A DNA stretch of 64,000 nucleotides from contig CM119271.1 of the NCBI GenBank assembly GCA_051294375.1, positions 8,051,788-8,115,787 of the forward strand, written 5' to 3'. This stretch comes from Paraspadella gotoi. Its lineage: Eukaryota > Animalia > Chaetognatha. Below, piece after piece: positions 27,530-40,029 of the stretch. Below the pieces are notes generated by a model. That model saw only the letters and a program-made list of their open reading frames with translations. It made no database searches and was not told the DNA's origin. The position numbers and the translations under genes are program-made. Position 1 is the first letter of the stretch. Every line of letters starts with the position of its first letter.

Positions 27530-28124
27530 ACATAATTTTTTCCTTTCTTCTTCTCGTCCTTCCGACTCTAGCAGCCCTCAACAACCCAGATGGCTCCACA
27601 CCCCCAATTCACCACATCTCTTCTGAACCCCGCTTCGTGATGGATGACGTCGACGCGAACTTTCGAGTCAAGTCAATATATAACCCGAGAAATCGACTTC
27701 CGGTGGCGAGGGGTCGAGTCGCTGTCGTCGTCGTCGTCGACGTCTTTCTTGTCGTCGCTGTCGCCGGTCGTCATGGTCGTCGTCGTCATCGTCGTCTGTT
27801 TTTTGTCGTGTGTCGTGTTTGGTCTGTCGTTGTATCGTCCATCGTCATGTCTCAGGTCGTTGATATTTTTTGTCGTTGTATCTTTTTCCTGCGTGGTCTG
27901 TCATGTCTTTCGTTAAACAAGTCGTCGTCTCTAAGTGTGACATAAAATCAACTTATTTTCTAACTTTTTTCGCTGTTGGTCCGCCATCTTCTCGGTGAAC
28001 GTGTTCTTGGAATCTACGCACGCCTCTCTTGATGCTCATCAAAACCAGGGTTAGTTTGTCTCCTTTTTCAACCTGGAGCTTTTCGAAGTCTTCGTCAGGT
28101 TCTACTAGCGATCAGCTTGAACAT
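27530..28124 (-). CDS. Mirror copy of the putative exon at 34101-34720 (frameshifted)
   Basis: The reverse complement reads MFKLIAS..PDEDFEKLQ..KGDKLTLVLMSIKRGVRRFQEHV.REDG after a T-rich acceptor. Confidence 0.4.
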
Positions 28125-29221
28125 CTTGTCAAAAAAATGGATTTTAAAAAGAGATATTAATATACAAGAACGAGAACAAAACTTCGGATGTCGAAAATCA
28201 TCGATTTGAATGAAGGTTCGTTAACTTGTTGCATGATTTTCATTCGTCGCCTTTTGTCAATATCTATTTTTTTGTCACCTCTGTCAGCATCAACAGTTCA
28301 TTTAACAAAAATAAATTGTTTTAATTCTGTTTATTCTTTATCAATATCCGATTTCTTCAGTTTCCCCTCCCCTTGACATTAATCCACTCTCTCTCTTTTC
28401 TCATTTCTCTCTCTCTCTTCATCTCTCTCTCTCTCTCTCTTTCTCTCTTCTCTCTCTCTTCTCTTTCTTCTCCAAATAGTTAATTCTCCGCCTCGCCTCT
28501 CCTCCTCCTCATCTCTTATTCTCCCTCCCCCCCTTCCTCCCAATCTCGTCCTTTCCTTCGACGTAAACCCCGGCGACCGAGATTTCCCTACGATTTCCTT
28601 TATTGTGTCTTCGTCGTCTCACTTGTTATTTGTTTTGATTTTTTTTGCTTCGCCGTAGATGCCATCTATGGAGAATATGGAATATAGAAAATGAGAGAGA
28701 GAAAGCAGAGAGAGAGGAGAGAAGAGAGAGAGAGGATGAGAGAGAGAGAGAGAGAGGAGCAAGAAAGATATGCCAGACAGACAGGCAGAATAGACAGAGA
28801 GAGACCAGACAGAGAAGAAAGGGCAACAGGAAGTCCAATGGCAACGTCATATCTCCGAGATCACGAAGGCGCAATTTATTCATGACGCCCCCACGAAATT
28901 TTCACTTTGTCGCCGGCACTCTGCCTCTACCCTAGAACTCGTGACTCTCTTGTGCATGGCTCGCTTCTTAAATATTCTAAATCCGCTTTTTCATGCGGAG
29001 AAAATTTAGTCTACAGTTTGACTTATTTTTCTTTTCTTTCTTTTCTTTCTTTTCTTTTCTTTTTCTTTTCTTTCCTTTCTTTTCTTTTCTTTCTTTTCTT
29101 TTTTTCTTTTTTTCTTTTTTTTTTTCTTCTTTTCTTTCTTTTATTTTATTTTCTTTTCCTTTCTTTTCTTTTCTTTTCTTTCTTTTCTTTTCTTTTCTGT
29201 TTCTTTTCTTTTCTTTTTTAC

Positions 29222-29301
29222 ATACTGACTTACTTGACTGACTTGAACTTGACTTGACACTTGACTTGCTTGACTTTGACTTGACTTGACTTGACTTGAC
29301 T
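29222..29301. repeat. (GACTT)n pentanucleotide repeat at the inner edge of the left arm
   Basis: Direct reading. Confidence 0.9.
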
Positions 29302-30049
29302 TTTCTTTTTTCTCTTAAAGATTTTCAACTCATCCATTCATCCTAGAAATTATTTTCAAACCCCCCCCACTATTTCATTTCAATTCATTTCAAAACCCTT
29401 TCCTTCCCCCCCAATTAATTTTCTTCTTTTCTTTCTTTCCCAATCATCCCATCCCCATCTTTTCCCCCTCTTCTTCCACCTTCCCCTTTGTCCCCCCCCC
29501 TTTCCCGCCCCCCTTCTTATTCCTCTCTCCTTCATTTTCCTTCGAGNNNNNNNNNNNNNNNNNNNNNNNNNTGACAAAACGGAATCGATTCCCTTTTTTA
29601 TTGCCTTTCGTCGACGCGGCGTCAGGAGGGCGGCGCCAGCAGCGACAGCCAGCGGCGGCGGCGGCGGGGCGACAGCAGCCTCGGAAAGGGGGCGACCGGA
29701 GGCTGCGGCGGAGGCATCCTCTATGAATAACGACGACAACGACAACAACAACTACGACGAGGAGACGGTAACGCGAACGAAAAAAATTATTGATACTATT
29801 ACTTTTAATACTTTCTTTTTTTTTATTTTCTATTGTTCTTTTATTTTATTACAGACTAAATTAAAATAAAGTAGATATTATTTTAATTACTCGGTTATCG
29901 CGATGAAGGAAAATTATTTGCTTAGTAATAATTAATATTCCTTCTCGTTTAAACGAACTTCCGATAAATGTAGTTTTTCTATCTTTATTTTATCAAACGC
30001 CTCAATACATTATAGTTTATACGAACCTTGTTGTATTAAATCTCTATTT

Positions 30050-30600
30050 CGTTTTACTCAGATGCGATAAAGACCGGAGATATTCGAGATTGCAGAATGC
30101 AATGAAATAAGCGCTTTGGTACAATTTAATCAAAAGTGAGAAATCAATGTTTTTCTTGATCATGCTAATTTGACAAAAGCTAACATATCATAGCCGAAAA
30201 TATGTCGTCATGCCAACGAAAACGTCGTTGTTGGAAACCATAATAAGTATTATTTTGTCAAAAATGTACCGAATGCCATATTCAAAGCCCCCACAACAAT
30301 CTCTCGACAGAACTCGTTCACCGACGGCGTTTCGCCAATTCCATCCAACTTTGTTTTATTCATTTCTATTTTGTATTCACCTCAGATGAGATCCAAGACA
30401 GAAGATATTCCAGACGGCAAAAAAATCAATGAAATAACAAATTAACATTTTTTTTCTACGTGCGGTTTTTTTAGCTGATGCTAATTTGACAAGAAGCGAG
30501 CGTTGAAAAGCTTTAATCAATAATACAATTTAATTGAAACTTACCAAATTAACAATCTTTCGACAGAACTCGTTCACGGACTGCCTCTCACCAATTCCTT
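30050..30600. repeat. Diverged tandem duplication (units ~30050-30345 and ~30375-30600)
   Basis: Three blocks recur in the same order: ctcagatg.gat..aagac.g.agatattc.aga..caatgaaataa, atgctaatttgacaa and acaatct.tcgacagaactcgttcac.gac.gc.t.tc.ccaattcc. Confidence 0.8.
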
Positions 30601-30687
30601 CTCTTCCCCCCCTTTCTCTCCCCCCTTTTATCCCTCGGTCGACATTTCTCCGATCCAACGCGCACCCTAACGACAATAGACGACGCG

Positions 30688-30737
30688 TATAAATTAATTC
30701 GAACGACCGGAAGTGACGTCGGGGCCACGCCCATTTT
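30688..30737. promoter_or_regulatory. Compact promoter-like motif cluster: TATA, ETS-CRE composite, Sp/KLF, YY1-like
   Basis: TATAAA at 30688, ACCGGAAGTGACGTC at 30706-30720, GCCACGCCC at 30724-30732 and CCATTTT at 30731-30737, in a CpG-rich patch. Confidence 0.55.
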
Positions 30738-30838
30738 CTTCGTAATCGATGCGCGGATGGATTTTTGCGAAAGGGCTCGAAGGGCGAGGATACAATTACG
30801 GATGCAATGAGGTCGACAATTTTGAGTTGAGTTGGTTG

Positions 30839-30961
<123 letters not shown>

Positions 30962-31704
30962 ATCCGAGGCGGTCATCGAACTCATATCTCGACCGAGCGG
31001 TCATGAGTCGCTGAAGAGTTTTTGGTTCGAGTTCGAGAGCTTACAACTTTTTACTCGATGCGGTTTTCGTTCTTATAAATTTAAATATGTTTATAAATTT
31101 ATAAAAAAACAAATTGATCGACCGGCAAATATCGTAATCCGTATTGATCGGTCGTATCAAACAAAACTCGGCAATGTACTAAAATTTAAATTTTTAAAAA
31201 TAATGTTTCATTTTTTATACTCGTGAATATAAATTTGAAAAGCGCAGATCCGCCCGTCTATTTTTACTTTTCAATTTTCATTTTCATATTTTTCTTCTCC
31301 GGCATTTTTTATGGTTTGTTCCAAAACAAAAGTAAACATTCAGTTATGGCACCAGATGGAACGACATCTTACGGGTAAAGACGGCATCGAAAGAAAAAAA
31401 AAATTTAATTGAATATCAACAAAAGGTAAAGGGAGGATTTTCTTTTATTTGTTTGCGTACTTATCTTCTTTTTTAAATTTTCTCTTTACTTAAATATATC
31501 CTCTCTACTTTTTCCTTGTTTACTTTCTTTTAGTCACTGTATTTCTCTCTCTCTCTCNNNNNNNNNNNNNNNNNNNNNNNNNNNNNNNNNNNNNNNNNNN
31601 NNNNNNNNNNNNNNNNNNNNNNNNNNNNNNNNNNNNNNNNNNNNNNNNNNNNNNNNNNNNNNNNNNNNNNNNNNNNNNNNNNNNNNNNNNNTCTCTCTCT
31701 CTCT

Positions 31705-31782
<78 letters not shown>

Positions 31783-31815
31783 AAATATCACTTAATCAAC
31801 TTTTTCCTCCCTTAC

Positions 31816-31937
31816 TTTTCTTTTTTATCCTCTGTACGTTTCTTTTCTTTACTCTTCTGAACCTCTCTCTCGTCTACTTCACTTTTTTTTCGTCTCGGAT
31901 TAGAGACGGGAGTCAAAGCAACGAGGACGCTCTCCAT
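31816..31937 (-). CDS. Putative first coding exon (MESVLVALTPVSNPRRKKSEVDEREVQKSKEKKRTEDKKE), product unknown
   Basis: Strong start context aagATGG, 40 open codons plus 2 nt, then donor AA|GTAAGG. Upstream on the same strand are a CT-rich leader, TATATAAA and a GC box. Confidence 0.5.
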
Positions 31938-32003
31938 CTTCCTCGACAAATAGAGAGGGATCACCCTGAGAGGGAGGGAGTAGAGAGAGAGAGAGAAGAG
32001 GAG

Positions 32004-32055
<52 letters not shown>

Positions 32056-32070
32056 CTCACCCTCTGCCGA

Positions 32071-32086
32071 TTTATATACCGCCCGC
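32071..32086 (-). promoter_or_regulatory. GC box + TATA box for the minus-strand exon
   Basis: The reverse complement reads GCGGGCGGTATATAAA, ~135 nt upstream of the ATG at 31937. Confidence 0.45.
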
Positions 32087-32189
32087 TGTCTAACTGTAAT
32101 TTCTCGTTCATTCGTCTATCGTTGTTTCAAATTGTTTGCGATTTGGAAAGGAATCTCTCTTCTCCCTCTCTCTCTCTTCTTCTCTCTTC

Positions 32190-32233
<44 letters not shown>

Positions 32234-34100
32234 TTTCTCTCTCTCTCTCCTCCTCTCTCTTCTCCTCTCTCTCTCTCCTCGCTCTCTCTCCTTTCTTCTC
32301 CATTCCAATTTTCTGAAAATAAAAAAAGTGTGATGCTCGATGATGACGCCCCCTCTGACGATTTTGCATGATGAAGACAAAAAATTGAAAAATGGTCAGG
32401 AAAATAGAAAACCGGCTCCATCTTCTAAAAGGGCGCTCCATCTCTCATCCTCTCTTCTTTTCATTCTGTTTTTCAGAGATTGCTTGTCTCACTGCTTGGT
32501 CCTAGCGGTTGGTTACTGTCGACTCATTAGTTGTTTCTTTGAGATTGCACGAAAGACAAGCTGCCACCTTCCCCTTGGAAAAATCACTGGTTCAGCTAAT
32601 TCTGTCGTCGTCGTCGTCTTCATCGTCGTCTTCATCGTCGTCGTCGTCGTCCTCTTCATCGTCGTCGTCTTCGTCGTCTTGTTTATCTTTCCTATTTTGT
32701 GTTTGTTTTGATTTGTTTTCGTCGGCGTCCGAAATTGCGCCACCAAGCTTCTGATTGATGGACGGACGAACGGACGGACGGACGTCCGAACGATAAAAGG
32801 AAAGAATAAGGAATTTCTGAGTGGAAAGGAAAGTCTGGGGGGGGGGGAGGTTGAAAATAGGGTGGAAGTTGGTCTATAAAAGGACGTAAGGGGTTAAGAG
32901 GGTACATCTCAAAAAACGGAGGAGAATTATTGTGAAAAAATAGGTTTTGAGAAACTCTGGAGAGAGGGTCTATATACGATTTTCGTTAATAGGAAAGAAA
33001 GGGAAAGAAAAGAAAAGAAAGGGAAAGAAAATAAAATAAAAGAAAAGAAAAGAAAAGAAAAGAAAAAAAGAAAAGAAAAGAAAAGAAAAGAAAAGAAAAG
33101 AAAAGAAAAGAAAAGAAAAGAAAAGAAAAGAAAAGAAAAGAAAAGAAAAGAAAGGAAAAGAAAAAATGAAAGTAAATGTAACTAATTTTTCTCGCATGAA
33201 AAAGCGCGATTGAATTTAAGACGAGCATTGCAAAGAGAGTCACGAGTCTAGCGGTAGAGGGCAGACGTGGCGGCGACAGAAGTGAAAATTTCGTTGGGGG
33301 CGTCATGATAAATTGCGCCTTCGTGTCTCGGAGATATGACGTTGCCATTGGATTCCTGTTGCCCTTTCTTTCTCTGTCTGTCTCTCTCTGTCTATCTGCC
33401 TGTCTGTCTGGCTATGCTTTCTGTTCTCGTCTCTCTCTCTACTCTCGTCTCTCTCTTCTCTTCCTCTCTCTCTCTCTCTCCATCTCTCTCTCCTCTTCTC
33501 TCTCTCTCTCTCTCTTTCTCTCTCTCATTTTCTAATTCCCATATTCTCCATAGATGCGATCTACGGCGAGCAAAAAAACAATAACAAATAACAAGTGAGC
33601 ATCGACGAAGACACAATAAGGAAATCTAGGGAAATCTCGGCGCCGGGTTTTGACGTCGAAGGAAATTGGACGAGATTGGGGGAGGAAGGGGGGGAGGGAG
33701 AATGAAGAGAGGATGAGGAGAGGAGGGCGAGGCGGAGGAATTAACTATTGAGAAGAAAGAGAGAGAGAGAGAGGAAGAGAGAGAGAGAGAGAGAGAGAAA
33801 GAAGAGAGAGAGAGAGGAGAAGAGAGAGAGAGAGAGAGTGGATTAATGTCAAGGGGGAGGGGAAACTGAAGAAATCGGATATTGATAAAAAGAATAAACA
33901 GAATAAAAACAATTTATTTTTGTAAATGCAACTGTTGATGCTGACAGAGGTGACAAAAATAGAATATTGACAAAGGCGACGAATGAAAGATCCATGACAA
34001 AGTTAACGAACCTTGATTCAAATCGATGATTTTCGACATCCGAAGTTTTTGTTCTCGTTCTTGTATCTTAAATTCTTTTTAAAATCCATTTTTTTGACAG

Positions 34101-34720
34101 ATGTTCAAAGTGATCGCTAGTAAACCTGACGAAGACTTCGAAAGCTCCAGTTGAAAAAAAGGAGACCAAATAACCCTGGTTTTGATGAAGGCATCAAGAG
34201 AGGCGTTGCGTAGATTCCAAGGAACACGTCGACCGAGAAGATGGCGACCAACAGGAAAAAAGTTAGAAAATAAAGTTGATTTTTATGTCACACGTAGAGA
34301 CGACGACTTGTAAACCGAAGACGATGACAGACCACGAGGAAAAAGATGACAACGACAAAAATATCAACGACCGTGATGACATGACGATGACGATGACAAC
34401 GACGACAACGACGACAGCGACGACAAAAACAACGACGATGACGACGACGACCATGACGACGGCGACAGCGACGACAAGAAAGACGTCGACGACGACGACG
34501 ACAGCGACTCCGACCCTCGCGCCACCGGAAGTCGATTTCTCGGGTTTATATTCGACTTTGACTCGAAAGTTCGCGTCGACGTCATCCATCACGGGAAAGG
34601 CGGGGGTCAGGAAGGGATGGTGGTGAATTGGGAGGTGTGGAGCGGATCTGGGGTTGTTGAGGGGCTGCTAGAGTCGGAAGGAGCGAGGAAGAAGAGGAAG
34701 AGGAAAAAATTATGTTTTGA
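34101..34720 (+). CDS. Putative exon: short globular segment followed by an Asp-rich (or Thr-rich) tract; product unknown
   Basis: Acceptor ccatttttttgacag|ATG. A by-eye consensus of both arms gives MFKLIASKPDEDFEKLQLKKGDKLTLVLMSIKRGVRRFQEHVDREDGDQQEKKLENKVDFMSHVETTTCKPKTMTDHEEKDDNDKNINDRDD. Each copy alone is frameshifted. Confidence 0.42.
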
Positions 34721-35157
34721 CATTGGACGGTATATATAACGATGGTTATTTAAAAAAAAAAACAAAATGGGAAAGCTTCATCGAACCGTATATAACTATT
34801 TATACTTTCTGTAGTCGACGTTACGTCAACCGCTACAGCCTGGTTTTATGTTGTAAAGAAGCAAAGTATTGTTTACACGTGCGTGACGAAAAAAAAGAAA
34901 AAAAAAGAAAGCTGCTCGCCTGGAGGTTGGCGCAAAGAGAAGGCAGTTACTCTGTAGTTTTACAATCTACGAGTCGTTATGCGTGTGTATATTTCTTTTT
35001 TTTCCTAACAAAGTAAACACGGGCAAAGGACGCTCTCGCGCTCGTTATCGACAGATGTTGGGGAGTGAGGGGAGAGGGAGAAAGGGAGAGAGAGGGGAGG
35101 AGGGGGGTGAGAGGTTGAGAGAGAGAGAGGGAGAAAAAAAGGAAAATAGGGAAGAAG

Positions 35158-35284
<127 letters not shown>

Positions 35285-35793
35285 CTAGGGACACTGTTAA
35301 CGAAAAGAGAAAAAAGGGATGGAGTCGAAACTGTGTTGTTTGTTTAATCAGAATAAATTTTGGGAATTCAATAGATTGAGTTGACCAGGAAGGGGAACAA
35401 GTAATGAAAAAAGAAAAGATAACCAGGGCAGAGGGAAAAAAAATTGAGAAAAGAAAAAAGAAATTGAAACCGGGGAAAAAAAGGAAAAATGAAGAGACTG
35501 TGTTGAGAATTGGCAGGAGGAAAGAGAGAGAGAAGAAAAAAAAAAGAAAAGTTCTGAAGAAAAGAAAAGCAAAAATTGAAAGAGAAGAAAAGAGAAGCTG
35601 AGGAAGAGATGTGATAGTGAAAAGAAAAAGGAATTGAGTGAAAAGCGAAAGGAAGTGAGATGGTGAATGGAGAAATGGAAAAGATGAAGGGGCGTAACCG
35701 GAGGCGTGGCGGATCGGACGAAAGGTTAAGACCGGGATTCGGTGAGAAGAGAGAGAGAGATGAGAGTAGAGAGAGAGAAGAGAGAGAGAGAGA

Positions 35794-35844
<51 letters not shown>

Positions 35845-38031
35845 AGGTATGTGAACCGAGCGAAACCGTCCGGAAATTCGTGAACCGAGAATTTCCTTCT
35901 CTGGCGATTTCGTCACTTCGTTCGCGTGAACTCGACCGGAAGTTTTTCACCGAGCGAGTTGGATTCGGTGAAATTCACAGGTTATTTGAAATTTTTTTGC
36001 GAAGGTAGCGATGAATGACCTCCGATGTATTATATTTTAAAAATCTACGAGACTGCTCCTTTTAGAAGTCGAATTGAAACGGTTAAAAAAATTAGAGACC
36101 ACTTCGTTGATAAGGAAGCCAGATTCTCTGGGAGTTAATAAACTAGAGTGTGAAAGATTAATGAATGAAAGCGTCCAGAGTCCTTCGACGGTGTTATCTT
36201 GTCAGAGTGATGAAGGTCTTAGACTTAACCAAAGACGAATTCAGACAATTTCAATTGATACAAATTTCAATCGAATGAAATTCAAATTTTCCCGCGAAAA
36301 TCGAAATCAACTCAGAATCACAATAACGGATTTCGACGATGATGATTCCTCGAATTTTTTTGGCGGGTGAATCCGAGATGTGGAGAATCGTGATGTATGC
36401 AAATGTGATTCGACGATGCGTCCGTGATTGTGTGTGTGTGTGTGAAAGTTGCCTGTGTGATGGCGAAGAGGAGTTTGCGGGACTGATTACTGCTCCGTCG
36501 TTGTCGTCGTTCGTCGTCGTTGTCGTCGTCGTTCGTTGTCGTATTTGTGAAAAAAAAATAAATGGGCGCGCATAAAAAGTGTGAGTAAAGAATCGGGTTA
36601 AACATTAAAGCGGCCAGGTTCTTACCACGCCCAATATCCTCTTTTCTTTATCTTTCCATCGATTTCTTTTTTCTTTCAATGTTCTCTTTCTTTTTCTTTC
36701 AACGCTCTCTTTCTTCTTTCAGTGTCCTCTCTCTTTTCTTTCCAAGGCTCTCATTCTTCTTTCAATTTCCTCTCTCTTTTTCTTTCCAATGCTCTCATTC
36801 TTTTTTCAATTTCCTCTCTCTTTTTCTTTCAACACTCTCTTAAAAAACTTTAAATGCGCTTTTCCGCTTTCTTTCAAAGTCTTTCTGAAGCAATTCACTC
36901 GTCCTTTTGTTTTCAACGCTTATTTAAGAGACACTATCTTTCAATCTCAACTTGTAACAGTACATTTCCCTTCATTATCATTCATCACTTCCTCCATCGC
37001 TTTGTCGATCACGATCAACACACTTTCTCTATCACTTACTCCATCATTTCCTCTATCACGAACACCATCACTGCCTTCATCGCTTCATCCATCAACGTCT
37101 CCCCACATCATCTTCTCACCCCATCAGTCACCGGTCTCTTCCTTTCCCCCCAAAAAAAAATCTCACCCCCCACCAAAAAAAAAACTCCCTCACCTCTCGG
37201 TCTCAGCCTGGCGTCTCACTCTCACTGCCTCCGCCCATCGACATAAACAATTACTTTGACGACGCCATTTGTTTTTCCTCCCAATCGCCAATTTTCGTGC
37301 GACGAGCTTCATCTTGTTAACGCTAATGGGCGAAACGGCGCTGCGGTCGCTCCGCGGGGAGGATAAACTGACGAACAAAAGGCTCCGAACGCGAAAATTT
37401 GATTAAAACAGGGACGAGTTAAGGGAGATAATGGGGACGAGGTTATTCATGTTTATCCGTTATTTATTTTTGACCTTTTTCAAATTTTAACAAACGCGGA
37501 ACTTTTGGATTTCTTTTTCTTTCTTTAATTTTAAATGTTATTTTTTTTTCCTTAATTCTTGGCACTAGCGATTGAAGAATTTTTTTATCAATACTGCGGA
37601 GCTAATTTTTGAGGATTTTTGTCTTTAAATATGAACAAACATTAATAAAGTTAACAATTTTCGCACGCTTATCTATTGAGTCTACGAACGGCGCGAATTT
37701 TCAAAATTTCAAAGTTTATCATTTTTCATTCGAAATTCCCTCTAGATTCTAATTTAGTTTGTGTAACGTTTCTATGGAATGTGTAATAAAGAAAAAAAAA
37801 TTTTTTGACGATTTCCTTGGAAAATAATTTTAAATTTTTCCCGGCTCGAGGCCTCAATCTTCCACCGAACGCAAACAAAGAAATGTAAACAAAACCGTCG
37901 CTAGGCGACGCTTGTTTTCGTCGCAAATAAAAAAATTCTGCAAAAGTTCGAAGAAGAATTGAAATGGAATTAAAAAAAAATAGGAAAGGGAAAAGGGAAA
38001 AAATAAAGGAATGAAAAAAGGAGTGAAAGAG

Positions 38032-38102
<71 letters not shown>

Positions 38103-38372
38103 AAAACAAGACGATAAAACTTTACTGGATTACGTTCGGCACAACCAGATGGTTTTTGGCTTCAGTGAACTTTTTTTATTTTTTAAAAAATCTGAGGGGA
38201 GGATGTGTGATGATACAGTGAGACACTGGAGGGTGAGAAGGGGTGCAGTCTGTGGAATGTGGAGACTCTCTCGCTATTTCTATCTTTCTGGAGCTCTTCC
38301 TCTCTGTCTCACTCTCTACGGAGTGTAGACTATAGAGTCGCTCTCTGGCGTTCTCTCTCTCTCTATCTCTCC

Positions 38373-38416
<44 letters not shown>

Positions 38417-39720
38417 ATCTCTCACCCTATCTCTCTCTCTCTGTTTTATCCTCTGATAAATGAAATGTCGTTTCGAAACTTTCGTTCAAAACCCAAATTC
38501 CCTTTGAATTTGAGTTCAATGAACTCATTCTAAATTTCGAAAAATAAAGAAAAACTTTTGAGAATCTCAACTTTCTTTCTTTTCATTGAAACAAAAGCAC
38601 AAACCGGTTTTAAATTTAATTTTTTTGGCAAAAGGATACGCGGTTATTCAGCGGAGGATCGAACAGCTTCTTAGTTTTGATAAGCACAGGGAAAAAAATG
38701 GAAATGAGAAGATAAATTAATAAAGTTGTTATAATAAAAATACGAGTGATAAAGATAATTGTATCAAACTTCTAATCATACAAGTACAAGTCGTAAAAGG
38801 CTCAGTTTTCTCAGGGGTAGATTAAATTTAAATATTTTGACTAAGTTTATTCATTGAGCAAAATAATCCATTTGCCGATTTAGGACAACGATTGCTCCGC
38901 TCAGTTGTAATTTTAACGTAAATTTCAAGTTTTACTTTTCATGTGTTACAGTATTCTCTTTTACGTTTCGTTACAGTTTAGCGGTTTTTGTCTTTCGAAC
39001 TTTTATAAGATGAAAAGAGACACTTGGTATAATTTATCAATGCCACGTCCCGGTTTTAACTCCTGTCCTTTCCCGAACTTCTAAATCAAGTTGTCTGTCT
39101 ATGTTTAAGAAAAGCGAGTCCGGTTTTACTGATCACAACCTCTAAAATTCAACCAACGAGAGAGCGGAAAATCACCGAAACCGGCCATCGGTGTGAATTC
39201 TTTCACCAGTGACGTTTAACCTTTCACTCAACTTTATTTTTCTTTGTCCCGCTCTGGGTTCAAGATATTCGTGGTCGCTGCTGCCTCGAATTTGGATTGG
39301 AAGAGCGACTTTTCTTATAATCTTGTTTTCTGGTTCGTCATTGGCCGAGCTTTTTTTCCATCTCGTATCTGATTGGCTGGCTTTAGAACGGGGTTACTCT
39401 GTTGTTTTTAAAGTTGTAATTTTTTTGGTATTTCTGGTATATCAAGTTTTGTTCACATCTTTGGAGTTTCGACTTTTTTATTTTGGATATTTTTTCGTCG
39501 CTTTCCCATTATTCATTTATGAGGTAAGTTTTGCTAATCCGTTGGCAAACAATCTAGATAACAAAAAAATTTATAAATAAAATTGTTCTGAGATTATAAA
39601 ACGCTATCATTCTCACTCTTAACATTTAATTCGAGCTAAATTCAATCAAAACTAAACAATTTTTGTAATCTCTTTTAAGTTTGTAATTTATATAGTAAAA
39701 AAAATATAAAATAAGGATTA

Positions 39721-39858
39721 ATTTTACTTTCGCCGACCGGGGTTAGGGGGTTAGGGTTAAGAATAATCAGCTAATAATTTTTAAAAAGTTTTTTTAAATA
39801 TTTTTAAATGATTTTTTTCAAAAGACGCCAAAAACCTCCGGGTCGGCGACAGTAAAAT
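39721..39858. mobile_element. MITE-like element with 18-bp TIRs and a telomere-like internal repeat
   Basis: ATTTTACTTTCGCCGACC (39721-39738) and GGTCGGCGACAGTAAAAT (39841-39858) are inverted with 1 mismatch. The interior has GGTTAGGGGGTTAGGGTTAA and no ORF. Confidence 0.65.
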
Positions 39859-40029
39859 TTTACCTAATTCGTTAATTTCAATTTGATAATTAGACAAATC
39901 GATAAATAATTTATTTCCCCGCGTTTTAAAGCCACGTTTTTTTTCTGTCACTCTGTGAAGGACTCGTCTGAGATTATCATTTCTCATATCGTAAGTTTAT
40001 TGTAATATTCTACCTTCCTTCCCCGCTAG

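Larger units (their letters stand above)
22347..29220 (-). repeat. Left arm of a large inverted duplication (partner 32990-40235)
   Basis: Reverse-complement colinearity throughout: 22347-22590 vs 39970-40235, aaaacaagcgtcgcctagcgacggttttgtttaca at 24471 vs ~37885-37920, 27640-28140 vs 34085-34590, and (CTTTT)n 29027-29218 vs (AAAAG)n 32995-33165. Confidence 0.96.

Noticed and set aside
33196-33364. Second SAM-like motif (GDKVKISWGVMNKLR)
   Set aside because: It appears only in one noisy copy, and the two-arm consensus favours other frames.
39741-39760. True telomere or chromosome fusion site
   Set aside because: Only 2-3 degenerate TTAGGG-like units, internal to a dispersed small element.
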